Shown here in pieces: positions 29,901-39,359 of a stretch of DNA of 64,000 nucleotides (positions are counted from its first letter, which is position 1; each line of letters starts with the position of its first letter). The notes under the pieces were generated by a model. It was given only the letters and a program-made list of their open reading frames with translations. It had not been told where the DNA came from and ran no database searches. A program made the translations under genes and the position numbers. The stretch comes from a virus (lineage: Duplodnaviria > Caudoviricetes). The stretch covers positions 56,951 to 120,950 of IMG/VR virus record IMGVR_UViG_3300042306_000967; one strand, given 5' to 3'.

Positions 29901-32900
29901 ACGGCATCTCTACGATTACCACTTATATCTGAACCTATGTAATCTATGTCATTTTTCCAAATTCCTCTCATCACAATTCCAGGTCCAGTATTTCCTTCAT
30001 ATTGAACCGATAACGATTGTGTTTTATATAAAAAATCTCTACCTTCACAATCAATCTGATATACAATAAATGCAGTTTGATTTACTTCAGGATTTAACCA
30101 TTGAGTAATCCCACCCATAACAGCAGGAGTTCCACTAACATGAGAACCAGCAGTTAAACTTCCAGCTAAAGTAATATGCGCAGATTTTGCGTAAATACTT
30201 ACTCTACATTTTTCCTTCCAACCAGCTTCACCATACATATCAGTATGAGTTTCTTGTCCAGCTATCAAAGAGGCACTATTGATTAATTCAACATCACCTC
30301 TATAAACATTTATAGTTGTTGGTGTTAAGTTGTATTCAATTTCACCAGATACACGATATATAATTGATGAGTTTTCATTTGTTAATGTTACATTATATGG
30401 TGCAGGTGCAGTTATTTGAGAACTAAATGATTGTGAATAAAATTCAGATTTTCTACCATTTTCAAAATCAACTTTATACACAACAGTTCCCGCGGTATTT
30501 ACCGCCGGTGCTACCCATCCAGAAACATTTCCTATTTCAGCAGGATTTCCTAATAATCTATTTTGTGGATTTACGGTAATGTATGGCGACTTTGAATGTA
30601 TAGATGCAGAATAATATCCTAAGTTTCCAATTGGTAAACCAGAATTAGGACCATACTCATAATATACAACCTGCGAAGAAACATACGAAGATGTATGTAT
30701 CAACGGTACTCCCGCTTTAAATGCTCTAATTTGTGTTCCACTACCAGTAAAGGCAGTTTCCCATAGAGAAACTTGAATAGAAGTGTTTTCGTTTGTTACG
30801 TTTGCTGTGAAAGAATCTGCTCCAGCCTTTACACCAAATATAGTAACTTCATCAACTGCTCTTATTATATCAGATGCAGAACCATCTCTCATCTCAACTC
30901 TAAAAACCGCAGTTTCACCTGCAGAAGTTGCATCGGAAGAACCAATACTAATTTGGTCAGTAGTACTTATTCCATATCCTAAATCACCATATGTTGCAGA
31001 GTTTTCATCGTATTTAAACCATTGGTAATATGCCTGTGAACTTGTTATGTTAATTGGTGTTGCGGTAAATGTTATATCTCCCACCGGTGAAATAACAACC
31101 GTATCACCATCAAAGTTTACGGTATTTGTACTCGTTGATAGTTTAACAGTTCTTGCCTTTACAGCATCCGAATTTTTAGTGAAACTTTGTGTTGCAAATA
31201 AATTAACCGAACCAGTTCTATGTCCAGGTAATAAAGAATATGGATATACTCTTAAATTATAGAAAGCACTTGCCGATACATACGGTGGTAAGAAGTTTGT
31301 ATAATTCGCACTACCGATTCTCGTTGGTGTTGTAGAATTTGGAGATGAAATGGATGCCGTTTGTATGTTACTTCCAGTAATCGATTGGAAATACCAAGTA
31401 CCTCTTTGTTGAGAACTCGTATATATTAGATACTCATTTCCTTCCTTTAATTGTATTGATGTACTAGCCGGTGCATATGTTCTTATATATCCAGTTTCAA
31501 ATGCGGATAATATTGCATTTTGTGGACTGATTAATATTTCAATTGGTGGTGCTCCATCAACCGCTTTGGTAAAGTTTTGAACTAAACTTTGTGTATATTT
31601 TGATGAAGTGAAATATGGATGAATTAAGAGGTCATAAGTTAAACTCGCACTTAACTCAGTCATATTATTAATTCCGGTTAGTAATAATGATGAGGTATTG
31701 TTAAAATCAACGGAACCGGTTGATATCATTGATTGTGTCACCGTATTTAACCAGAAATTACCAGGTTGCTTTGATGAACTAAATGCCAAATACCTTGCAC
31801 CTTGTTTTAATTTCAATTCAGTATTTGCCGGTGTATATGTTGCAACATCTCCCTTTGCATTTGCATTTAATGTTACATTGGAAGGTGTCAATTCAAATAC
31901 TATACTTTCATCACCAGGTTTACCTTCAGGTACAATAGTAAATGTTTTATCAATACTAATTTCGGTTAATGTGTAAGGTTCGGTATAAGTAAATGTTGCA
32001 ACTAATACTTTACTTTGAGATAACGGACTTCCAATAAACGCGGATGGTGGTCTTGAAGGCAACGTTCTACCCGCTTCATCCGCTGCAGTAATTGATATGT
32101 TAGAATCTTTACTTTGACTAACCCAATACAACCAATATTCTGGCGCGAAGTCCGTATTAATAGACATTGATGGATATACCAAAATAGATGCCGATATTGG
32201 ATTTTCATTTGTACCTCTTAAATAAAACGATGCGGTTGCGGATGCAGATACAGGTCTAAAATCAGTTTCATTTCTAAAATTAATTGTAAAAGTATCTGTA
32301 TTGTATGTTACAACCGGTGTATCAAGACCATCTTGCAAATCTTCTAAAATTTGAGATGCTAAAACTGATGCCGATGTATTAAATGCCCAATCCGATGCAG
32401 CCGATGCAGAAGACATTAAGTAAACCGTTCTTCTTTTATCAATTGAATCTCTATTGAATATTGCGTTGAAATTAATTTCCTTTGTACCCAATTCACCAAC
32501 ACTCAAACCATTTATATATCCACTATTTGCTGCGTATTCTAAATTTACAAACTTTTCAAAAGGAGCAGAACCACTAAGTACGTGAAGTTGTATTAAATTC
32601 CACCCTCTATCTGGTCTTGAACCACTATAAAGTTCAATATCATTTATACCATCAATTCTTACTGCCTGAATTTCTAAAGATGCAGTACTACTATTTCTAA
32701 TTTGAGTTCCTCTATAAGGTCTAATAATATGATTAACTCCACCAAACCCATCTAATACTGCGGTGATAGTTACCGTATCGGTTACGCCTTCACACTCTCC
32801 CGTAAATGTTACCAACTGAACATCTATATCACTTCTACTACCAGTAAAATTCGCAACAGTTAAAACCGGTACATCTGGATTTGTTAAATTTAATGTACCA

Positions 32901-34756
32901 GGAAATGTACCACCAGCATATTGCGATGCCGATAAAACATTTCCAAAGAAATCAATAGAAGATGATGTGAAGTTTACAGAACCAGTTAATAAAGTTTTTT
33001 GAATATTAAATGCAATTGCAGTTGGTGGTATAGGTTGTGAACCCGAATCAAATTGAAAATATAAAGAAGTTGGATTTAAACTTAATTTTTTCTCAATTCT
33101 TTGAATATTTCCACCATCAAATTCTTTAGATGCTTCTACATTAACCGGAATGTAATTACCATTTATATCATAAAATTTAAAAAGATAATCAAATCTTTCA
33201 GATACTAAACTTCTAGGAACTGATTGTACTACCGTTAATTCGTTAGGTGAAAATGATGTTTCTTGAGATGCTTTAATACTAATATCTGAAATATACCATT
33301 CAGTTCCTTTTACATCTACATAAAGTTTTGCATTATCAATTTGTTCAGCTTCAAAATTTTCAGATACCAATACCTTTTGTAATACTTGATTATTTGCCTG
33401 AATTTTAGTAATCAGTTGTTGAACCGGAACTGTTACAGAAGGAAATGCACTTCCTAATGGATTTGAAGATTGTCTAGAACCACTTATGTAAAACTCAATA
33501 TAGTCATCGGTTGATGTTATAGATTTTTTTCTTACATTGAAATCCAAAGTATATTCTCCACCGGTATTTAAACTAAACGATTGTGTTGTATGGAAATACC
33601 CTACACCACTTGCAACATTTAGTTCGGCAGAATTATACAAATAATTTTGATTAAATGCTACCGTATTATTAGAAGATGATACCCAATAGTTTGAAATTAT
33701 ATCACCGGTTAGGATACCATAATTTTCTTCATTCTTATCAGTAGTATTATAATCTTTTAATATTTCATTTGATTCTAACAATACCTTTTGAACAAACTCA
33801 AAATCGCCAATCTTTGACCTAGACTTTCGGTAGACGTCAACCGATACAACATCACCAATAAAAGTTGTTAAATCAGATATTGTAATTTTTGCAAATGAGC
33901 CAGTTAATGCCGTTTTTAAATTAGAAGTACCTTCAAGATGTTGAAATGATGCGGTGTATCCTATATTGTCAAAACTTTCTACAATACCATTAATTGTATA
34001 TGGGTCTGATGTTAGTACTTCTTTATTAGTAACTATTTGTGTAATTAGTGGATTATAGTTTAATCCCGGAACCGATAATCTTGTATTTAATACGGAACCT
34101 GTCCAATTGGTATTATCCTGTAAGGTTAATCTATATAATGTTGGTAATGTGTAATCACTTAATTTTTGTCCAGATTGTGGAGTTATAGCAGTACCATCCA
34201 AACTACCAGTTTGCACTATTGTTGGTATCGTTGTTGAAAACAAAGGTTTTACTAATTCATCAATTGTTACTCTAGGTCTTCTATAAAATCTAACTCTATC
34301 TTCGTTGGCTAAAAGTTTATTAACTTTTATTGTTTTTTGCCACTTAACATTATATACACCCTTCCAATCATCCGGAATATCTCTTACAACTTTACCATCA
34401 TCCAAATATTCTTTAAGTTCACCTAAAATCGTAATAGTAGCATCTCCAATAGGAGTATCATCGTAAATATGCACCGATACAATCTTTGAAGTACCCTCAT
34501 AGTATTCAGGAATACCATTACCAGGTTCCCAATATATAGGATTACCCTCAACATCTAAAATTTGTATTTTAATTTCGGTTGTTTCTTTTAAAAAAGGACT
34601 ACCTTCTATTAAAAACCCATTTTTACCTCCTGTAAATGTTTCTTTTAATTCGGTTATTCTAAAATATGTTGAATTCGCATCAGTATCAGAAACAAATGTT
34701 CCAAATGAACTAAGCGGTTGTGGTAATACTTCTCCGTATTTTTTTATCAATGGCAT
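26951..34756 (-). CDS. Giant tail fibre / receptor-binding protein with C-terminal peptidase S74 intramolecular chaperone
   Basis: SDRTKKTNI...GLDFINRLNPVSY...HYGLIAQDV...LRYEEFISPIVKAIQELSEKVNRLE; repeated Ig-like units (LTNENSSI, VTNENTSI); GxVxRGxW modules; GTSGVSGTSG linkers. Confidence 0.8.
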   Translation of the reverse strand: MPLIKKYGEVLPQPLSSFGTFVSDTDANSTYFRITELKETFTGGKNGFLIEGSPFLKETTEIKIQILDVEGNPIYWEPGNGIPEYYEGTSKIVSVHIYDDTPIGDATITILGELKEYLDDGKVVRDIPDDWKGVYNVKWQKTIKVNKLLANEDRVRFYRRPRVTIDELVKPLFSTTIPTIVQTGSLDGTAITPQSGQKLSDYTLPTLYRLTLQDNTNWTGSVLNTRLSVPGLNYNPLITQIVTNKEVLTSDPYTINGIVESFDNIGYTASFQHLEGTSNLKTALTGSFAKITISDLTTFIGDVVSVDVYRKSRSKIGDFEFVQKVLLESNEILKDYNTTDKNEENYGILTGDIISNYWVSSSNNTVAFNQNYLYNSAELNVASGVGYFHTTQSFSLNTGGEYTLDFNVRKKSITSTDDYIEFYISGSRQSSNPLGSAFPSVTVPVQQLITKIQANNQVLQKVLVSENFEAEQIDNAKLYVDVKGTEWYISDISIKASQETSFSPNELTVVQSVPRSLVSERFDYLFKFYDINGNYIPVNVEASKEFDGGNIQRIEKKLSLNPTSLYFQFDSGSQPIPPTAIAFNIQKTLLTGSVNFTSSSIDFFGNVLSASQYAGGTFPGTLNLTNPDVPVLTVANFTGSRSDIDVQLVTFTGECEGVTDTVTITAVLDGFGGVNHIIRPYRGTQIRNSSTASLEIQAVRIDGINDIELYSGSRPDRGWNLIQLHVLSGSAPFEKFVNLEYAANSGYINGLSVGELGTKEINFNAIFNRDSIDKRRTVYLMSSASAASDWAFNTSASVLASQILEDLQDGLDTPVVTYNTDTFTINFRNETDFRPVSASATASFYLRGTNENPISASILVYPSMSINTDFAPEYWLYWVSQSKDSNISITAADEAGRTLPSRPPSAFIGSPLSQSKVLVATFTYTEPYTLTEISIDKTFTIVPEGKPGDESIVFELTPSNVTLNANAKGDVATYTPANTELKLKQGARYLAFSSSKQPGNFWLNTVTQSMISTGSVDFNNTSSLLLTGINNMTELSASLTYDLLIHPYFTSSKYTQSLVQNFTKAVDGAPPIEILISPQNAILSAFETGYIRTYAPASTSIQLKEGNEYLIYTSSQQRGTWYFQSITGSNIQTASISSPNSTTPTRIGSANYTNFLPPYVSASAFYNLRVYPYSLLPGHRTGSVNLFATQSFTKNSDAVKARTVKLSTSTNTVNFDGDTVVISPVGDITFTATPINITSSQAYYQWFKYDENSATYGDLGYGISTTDQISIGSSDATSAGETAVFRVEMRDGSASDIIRAVDEVTIFGVKAGADSFTANVTNENTSIQVSLWETAFTGSGTQIRAFKAGVPLIHTSSYVSSQVVYYEYGPNSGLPIGNLGYYSASIHSKSPYITVNPQNRLLGNPAEIGNVSGWVAPAVNTAGTVVYKVDFENGRKSEFYSQSFSSQITAPAPYNVTLTNENSSIIYRVSGEIEYNLTPTTINVYRGDVELINSASLIAGQETHTDMYGEAGWKEKCRVSIYAKSAHITLAGSLTAGSHVSGTPAVMGGITQWLNPEVNQTAFIVYQIDCEGRDFLYKTQSLSVQYEGNTGPGIVMRGIWKNDIDYIGSDISGNRRDAVIHPDPATNGNVTQYYGAIQESGPGTGAGIQAPTGTTSDNAYWQYLGNEEFFVAAQIAIFQESYVKNTINVGTKDGSGAFANIVIAGGRPDPYIAIGQTGTQGTAGTSGTSLTTPGIIGYNRPGVFLGLYEDGTNGTTGRFSIKTTGTSGKGMFWDGDQLTIVGSIRQREPGVPEGSFRGAWAPSIIYYPDDTATYSGASYINSITHTSTNNTNINTGYPPNATNTWTVYAAAGTSGVSGTSGVSGTNGQPGAGVVFRGNFATGSVYYHTTERRDIVRAGSTFYLANNLSLNNNSGSVWGTPPNSNWSIFGAQFSSVATDVLLAQDATITRGLVMGTEGSNTGFIRSANANTLTTGRGFYLDVNGNFRFGQSVSGSNNYVYWDGDDLNISGILNATQGNIGGFTIADGKFLASGSLLQIDTQIPQISFFKRGDLASPKVVINANAELSDAGAAAIYVSGSTWTGTTSVTANSGTTMGVDTYVVASGVGEKGITVDSGGTTITTLAAGTIDVTVPIPATALTITAGTISTTSDSPPSPPADVTETYQSRAAYGYYGSARWVVQLYNSTGTTLLAESEVGGAATYRNGAASNTFYIGASGGGSFYYWNGPISYTNPASYSGDIIAGNKSVTITIPAAGTYRVALTLKVFAGSGHVVDSLGGTTTYYANSVNASHSNTGTINYYDFKFKANVNKAEINGGGVQIVSNETAFVKLIRIDPGSYSFGSMLMQTKGGYIDVNAGGATLADSWGAYGIQTFGGQYMTGRLGIGYGTGTITAWQEVFKIDGPNTGVLANQWYATVSANINPYTDDQWDLGATSKRWRDIFTNGAVTTTSDRTKKTNITSSILGLDFINRLNPVSYTMITGSKIWEELPPTISILDEEAKYDGDILIKEATYKEIPNPEKPQVIEIIPGKRTHYGLIAQDVKATLDEIGLSTTDFAGYIAEDPIEHTNLGLRYEEFISPIVKAIQELSEKVNRLEAQLSGSL

Positions 34757-34810
34757 GCTTTTCTATTAATATAAAATAAATATTCTAATAAATTTTTATT
34801 ATTATAATTA

Positions 34811-34840
34811 TATAAAGAATTCTAAAGAAAACTAAAGAAT
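34811..34840 (+). promoter_or_regulatory. Three 10-bp direct repeats, putative operator
   Basis: TATAAAGAAT-TCTAAAGAAA-ACTAAAGAAT immediately upstream of the RHH-like gene. Confidence 0.55.
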
Positions 34841-34843
34841 GTT

Positions 34844-35020
34844 ATGAAAAAATACGCTATGATTCAAATTGATGCTGAAATACATCAACTTTTGAAAGAA
34901 TTTTGTAAAGAGAAAGGATACAAAATAAATGGGTTGGTGGAAACCCTTATAAAAGAAAAGGTAGAAGCTTCAAAGAAACCTCTACCTAAAAATATATTAC
35001 CAGTTAGTTCTAGAACTTAA
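34844..35020 (+). CDS. Ribbon-helix-helix (CopG/Arc-like) DNA-binding protein, 58 aa (not in ORF track)
   Basis: Manual translation MKKYAMIQIDAEIHQLLKEFCKEKGYKINGLVETLIKEKVEASKKPLPKNILPVSSRT: alternating beta strand, helix, G-turn, helix; fills an otherwise empty gap. Confidence 0.7.
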   Translation: MKKYAMIQIDAEIHQLLKEFCKEKGYKINGLVETLIKEKVEASKKPLPKNILPVSSRT

Positions 35021-38000
35021 TTTTAGAAAACCCTTCTACTTTCTTAATCTCAATAAGTCCATCTACAATATCTCTCATTTGTTCCAAGTGAGAAATTACC
35101 CAAATAAAATCAAATTGAGTTTTAAGATACTGCATCATCATAAACAATGAAGATAGATTATCCGCATCTAATGTTCCGAACCCTTCATCGATTACCAGGA
35201 AGTTTGGTCTTGGTAACCCACAGATGTTAATTAGAGCCACTCTAATCGCTAGACCTGATATAAACTTCTCCATACCACTACACATCTCTAATGTCCATTC
35301 CTGGTCCTCGTAAACGATTCTAGCGTTGATGTTCTTTCCATCAGTATCCATAGAGATTGAGAAATCTACCACCTGTCCTAATATGTTGTTCACTTCGTTT
35401 TCAATTGCTGGAAGTGCTTTAGTAATAAGTTCGTATGGTACACCATCTTTCTTAACTGCATCTAAATAATAAGTGTACAAATCATTTTTTATTTCTAAAT
35501 CTTTTACTTCCTGTATTTTATTCTTTGTAGTATTGATATATGATTCAATAGAACCAATTTCTCCAGTTAGATTTAGAATTTTTCTATTTGTTTCTTTTAT
35601 TAAGATTTCCAATTGTTTTTTATCAGTTTCTAACTTCTTTATATCTTCGTTGATTGCTTTGTTTTTCTCTATTGTTGCTTGATTATCGTAGTATCTACGG
35701 ATATCCGATTGTACATTATCCAATTGAGTTAAAAGAAGTTCATAGTGAGTTTTCAACCCATCCAATTCAGCTTCTGCTTTTTCAGAAACAACAACTCCCT
35801 TTTGATATTTGTTTCTTAATTCCAAAAGTTTATCCCAAACACTATCTACATCTGAATATGGTTGGATTGATTTGATAAGAGAACTATGTGTTAGATTTAA
35901 TTCTTCTAATTCTTTTTCTTGTGTTACCACTATCTCTTTTGTAGCAATCGCATCCTTTACGAATACGTTGTTCATACAAAACTTACAATTTGGGTCATAT
36001 TCATGTTGTTCCAAATGTTTTAGTTTTTCTAAATTAGATTCATATTGAGCTTCTAATTTATCTATTTGTTGTTGAACATCCGATATCTGTCCTTTTAATG
36101 AATCCCATTGTTTCTTCGCATCATCTATTGACATCCCATTTACTTCGGTGTGTTCATTAATTGATTGAGAAACCTCTCCTAAAAGGTACTGGTACTCCAA
36201 GATTTTGGTTTGTTTATCTGTCCTATTAGTTTTATTGATTTCAATTTTGTCTTTAATAACACCCTTTAAATCCTCCAAGGATTGTAGTTCTAACTTTGAA
36301 TCAATTGGTACAATAGATTCCTTTAAATCGGATATTTGGTTTTGTATTTTTTCTTTTGAATCCGAATCGGCTTTTAACATACCGTTTAACTCTTTTAACT
36401 CTTCATTTTTAGTTTGAAGGTCGGTTTCCTTCGTCGCCAATTCCGAAGTAAAATCAGTACGTTTGAAATTTCTGATAAGTACAGCAACTTCCTTAATCTC
36501 CTCGCTCGCCGCTTCATACAACTTATCAAATATATCCAATCCCATAAATTGAGCAAGTAAATCCTTTCTATCAGATTGTGATTTATCAATGAATAGGGCG
36601 TTGTTTCCTTGTAAGGATAGTGCAGTCATTACGAAATCCTCATACCTTCCTACATACCCTTCAATTACAGAGTTTGTATCCCTTCTCTCCGTCCCATTAA
36701 GTGATTCGGCTATCCCGTCCACAGTTCTCCAAAACTGAACATCTACTTTAACGTTCTTTCCTTTATTAACGATTCTCGCTTCTCTCCTTATAGAGTATTC
36801 TACTCCTTCAACCTGAAAATCTAATTGACAATGGAAGTCCGCTTTCCGATTATTCATTATGTTTGCCGCTTTGAACGCTCTACTACATTTGTCAAACAAG
36901 CAAAATGAGATTGCGTCAAATAGAGATGATTTACCACTTGCATTTGGTGCGAATAAACCCATCAACCCATTTACTTTGTCAAAATTGATTACGTTATCTT
37001 CACCATAAGAGAACATATTGGAGAACTCAAATCTTACCGGCTTCCATTGTATGTTTCTTGCGATATCATCCAATACAATTCTACTATTAATTTCTTTGTT
37101 TAAGGATTGTATTCCTGCTATATCTTCCGGTGTTGCAAACGGCATCATTCTTCCGATATAATCCGTAATTAGGGAGTTTTGATAATTTACATCGGTAATA
37201 TCTTCTAACTCCAATTGGTTATCTCTATCACCTGTCTTTTTCTTTTGTAAACTATCGGTTTTAATTACAGTAAAATCTTCTACACCGTATTTCATTTTGA
37301 TTTCGGTGATTGCCTTTTTAGTATCTGCCGCATCGGTTTCAGAAAATCTTACCCTAAGCCTTGGATAAGTAGGTAAATCAGTAACGTCAGGAACAACTCC
37401 TGCGATAATATCCATGGTATAATAACCATAATCGTTTTTAATATCAACTTCTTCATATGTTAATGTTTCTAAGTCCCAAACTAAAAACCCATGTTTATCA
37501 AGGGTTTCTCCAAAATTTTGTTGCACCAACGAACCTGCATAAACGCACTTACATCCTTTAGGGGAGATTAGTTCTTGTCTTTTGTGGATATCACCTAATA
37601 GGGCTAAATCGTAACCATCAAACATATCAGTTGTGAAGTGTCTGGATGATACTACATAACCAATATCGGTTTGTGAGTGGTCCACAGGTCCGTGAAATAG
37701 TGCAATCTTTTTATTTCCAAATAGAGTATCGGCTTTTGGCCAATTATCTTTGTTATCAAATATACTGAATACTGCAAAATCAACATCTCCAATTGCGTAA
37801 ACTTGAGTATCTCTTAAATAATGTAGATTTGGTAATTTTAATGCTTCTACAATTGGAGTAAGTACATCCAATCTATCCGAATTGTTCATATTACAATCGT
37901 GATTACCAGCAATAAGAATAGTTTCACAATGTTTCGTACATTCGGTTAATAACCAACTTATTTCTTTTAATAATTCAGGTGACATTTCTAATTTAGCATG

Positions 38001-38156
38001 TGCAATATCACCTGCCAAATAAATAAGAGAATCTTCCGTACCTCTATTACGAATTTCCTCAAACATTTTTTCAAATACACCTCTAAATTCTTTGTGCCTC
38101 TTTACATTACGAATATGAATATCCGCGATGTGGTAAATCCTTTTTAATCTACTCAT
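35010..38156 (-). CDS. Fused Mre11/SbcD nuclease - Rad50/SbcC ATPase (gp47-gp46 fusion)
   Basis: ADIH, AGD, AGNHD, GDIH phosphoesterase motifs; Walker A APNASGKSS, Q-loop LSLQG, hook CKFC, signature CSGMEK, Walker B VIDEGFGTLD, ISH. Confidence 0.92.
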   Translation of the reverse strand: MSRLKRIYHIADIHIRNVKRHKEFRGVFEKMFEEIRNRGTEDSLIYLAGDIAHAKLEMSPELLKEISWLLTECTKHCETILIAGNHDCNMNNSDRLDVLTPIVEALKLPNLHYLRDTQVYAIGDVDFAVFSIFDNKDNWPKADTLFGNKKIALFHGPVDHSQTDIGYVVSSRHFTTDMFDGYDLALLGDIHKRQELISPKGCKCVYAGSLVQQNFGETLDKHGFLVWDLETLTYEEVDIKNDYGYYTMDIIAGVVPDVTDLPTYPRLRVRFSETDAADTKKAITEIKMKYGVEDFTVIKTDSLQKKKTGDRDNQLELEDITDVNYQNSLITDYIGRMMPFATPEDIAGIQSLNKEINSRIVLDDIARNIQWKPVRFEFSNMFSYGEDNVINFDKVNGLMGLFAPNASGKSSLFDAISFCLFDKCSRAFKAANIMNNRKADFHCQLDFQVEGVEYSIRREARIVNKGKNVKVDVQFWRTVDGIAESLNGTERRDTNSVIEGYVGRYEDFVMTALSLQGNNALFIDKSQSDRKDLLAQFMGLDIFDKLYEAASEEIKEVAVLIRNFKRTDFTSELATKETDLQTKNEELKELNGMLKADSDSKEKIQNQISDLKESIVPIDSKLELQSLEDLKGVIKDKIEINKTNRTDKQTKILEYQYLLGEVSQSINEHTEVNGMSIDDAKKQWDSLKGQISDVQQQIDKLEAQYESNLEKLKHLEQHEYDPNCKFCMNNVFVKDAIATKEIVVTQEKELEELNLTHSSLIKSIQPYSDVDSVWDKLLELRNKYQKGVVVSEKAEAELDGLKTHYELLLTQLDNVQSDIRRYYDNQATIEKNKAINEDIKKLETDKKQLEILIKETNRKILNLTGEIGSIESYINTTKNKIQEVKDLEIKNDLYTYYLDAVKKDGVPYELITKALPAIENEVNNILGQVVDFSISMDTDGKNINARIVYEDQEWTLEMCSGMEKFISGLAIRVALINICGLPRPNFLVIDEGFGTLDADNLSSLFMMMQYLKTQFDFIWVISHLEQMRDIVDGLIEIKKVEGFSKIKF

Positions 38157-39088
38157 ATATTATTCAACTTTGCTAACACCAAATCATCCCAACTGGTTTC
38201 TTTGGCGGATTTTAATAATTCATTTACTTTTTGGAATCCCATCTCACCCGCATCTTTATCGGTTGGTATGATATTCCTAACTTTGATTCCATTCTTTTGA
38301 AACCATTCGGTATGTTTAGTGGAATCTTCTACGGCATCAGAATCTAACATAATTGTTACATCCTTAACACCTTTTTCCATAATTTTATTTTTGAGTTTGC
38401 CGAGTAAGAACTTACCCAACAACGGAATTACATTTCTTTTGACTGAGAAGGAATCAAACACTCCTTCAACTAATGTTATTGGTTCGTTCCAATTAATCAT
38501 ATTCTCAAATACAATTACATCTCTACTAATTGGTGGATTCTTATACTTCATTTTCTCATCTTCATAAAAAGAACGAGCTACAAAATAATTAAGGTCACCG
38601 GTATCATCATAAGAAGGTATAATAACCCTTCCACCATAAAGCCCATCTTCACAATATCCGATATTATGTTTTACTATATCAGCATGTGTAATACCTCTTT
38701 TATTTAAGTAATGTATTGCCTGATTATACGATGGATTAATACCCTTTGGTTTAAAATATAATTGTTTGAATTCTTTTGGTAATTGTAATTTTGCTACATA
38801 TTCCTCTTTTGAATCGTATTCTGGTTCATCGCCATATACATCTTTTACAACACCAATATCCCTAATATCTACGTTAAGTTTACGAAGAAGGGATGTTATA
38901 CTCCTACCTTTAGAATCACATACCCAACAATGCCATCTTTGAGTATCCAAATTGATTTGTAGTTTCTTTTTATGGTGATTACAAAAAGGACAATGGTGTG
39001 CCTGCTCATTTCCCTTTAAGGATGAACCAACTCCCAATGCAGAGTCTAATATATTGATTATTTTTAATTTGTTCTTACCCGATAACAT
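38153..39088 (-). CDS. DNA primase (Zn finger + TOPRIM)
   Basis: CPFC...WHCWVC, RVIIP, YFVAR, KYKNP, LVEGVFD, MLDSDA, KDAGE. Start set at MLSGK, below the promoter. Confidence 0.9.
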   Translation of the reverse strand: MLSGKNKLKIINILDSALGVGSSLKGNEQAHHCPFCNHHKKKLQINLDTQRWHCWVCDSKGRSITSLLRKLNVDIRDIGVVKDVYGDEPEYDSKEEYVAKLQLPKEFKQLYFKPKGINPSYNQAIHYLNKRGITHADIVKHNIGYCEDGLYGGRVIIPSYDDTGDLNYFVARSFYEDEKMKYKNPPISRDVIVFENMINWNEPITLVEGVFDSFSVKRNVIPLLGKFLLGKLKNKIMEKGVKDVTIMLDSDAVEDSTKHTEWFQKNGIKVRNIIPTDKDAGEMGFQKVNELLKSAKETSWDDLVLAKLNNI

Positions 39089-39116
39089 AATTTTGGTTAT
39101 ATCCACAAAAACTATG

Positions 39117-39148
39117 TAAATATACAACATTTTTCGGATATATCCAAA
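39117..39148 (-). promoter_or_regulatory. Bacteroidota sigmaA-type promoter (variant -7 TATATTTA)
   Basis: TTTG (39145-39148), 20 nt, TATATTTA (39117-39124). Confidence 0.65.
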
Positions 39149-39153
39149 TTTAA

Positions 39154-39357
39154 TTAACCTCCGTGAGAATTTTTGATATCAATAAGAAAATCGGCTAAAA
39201 ATTGAAGTTTATTAGCTACTTCTTCTCTAGGTTTATTTTGAAGGACCATATTTTTAAGGTCTAATAGTGATGCAGCCGCTACCGAATGTGCATCATCTTT
39301 TGAATTTAAATAAGAATCGGAGATTCCGTATTTGTTACAAATGTCTGAAATTGTCAT
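39154..39357 (-). CDS. Hypothetical protein
   Basis: 67-aa ORF tightly packed in the operon. Confidence 0.5.
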   Translation of the reverse strand: MTISDICNKYGISDSYLNSKDDAHSVAAASLLDLKNMVLQNKPREEVANKLQFLADFLIDIKNSHGG

Positions 39358-39359
39358 AA

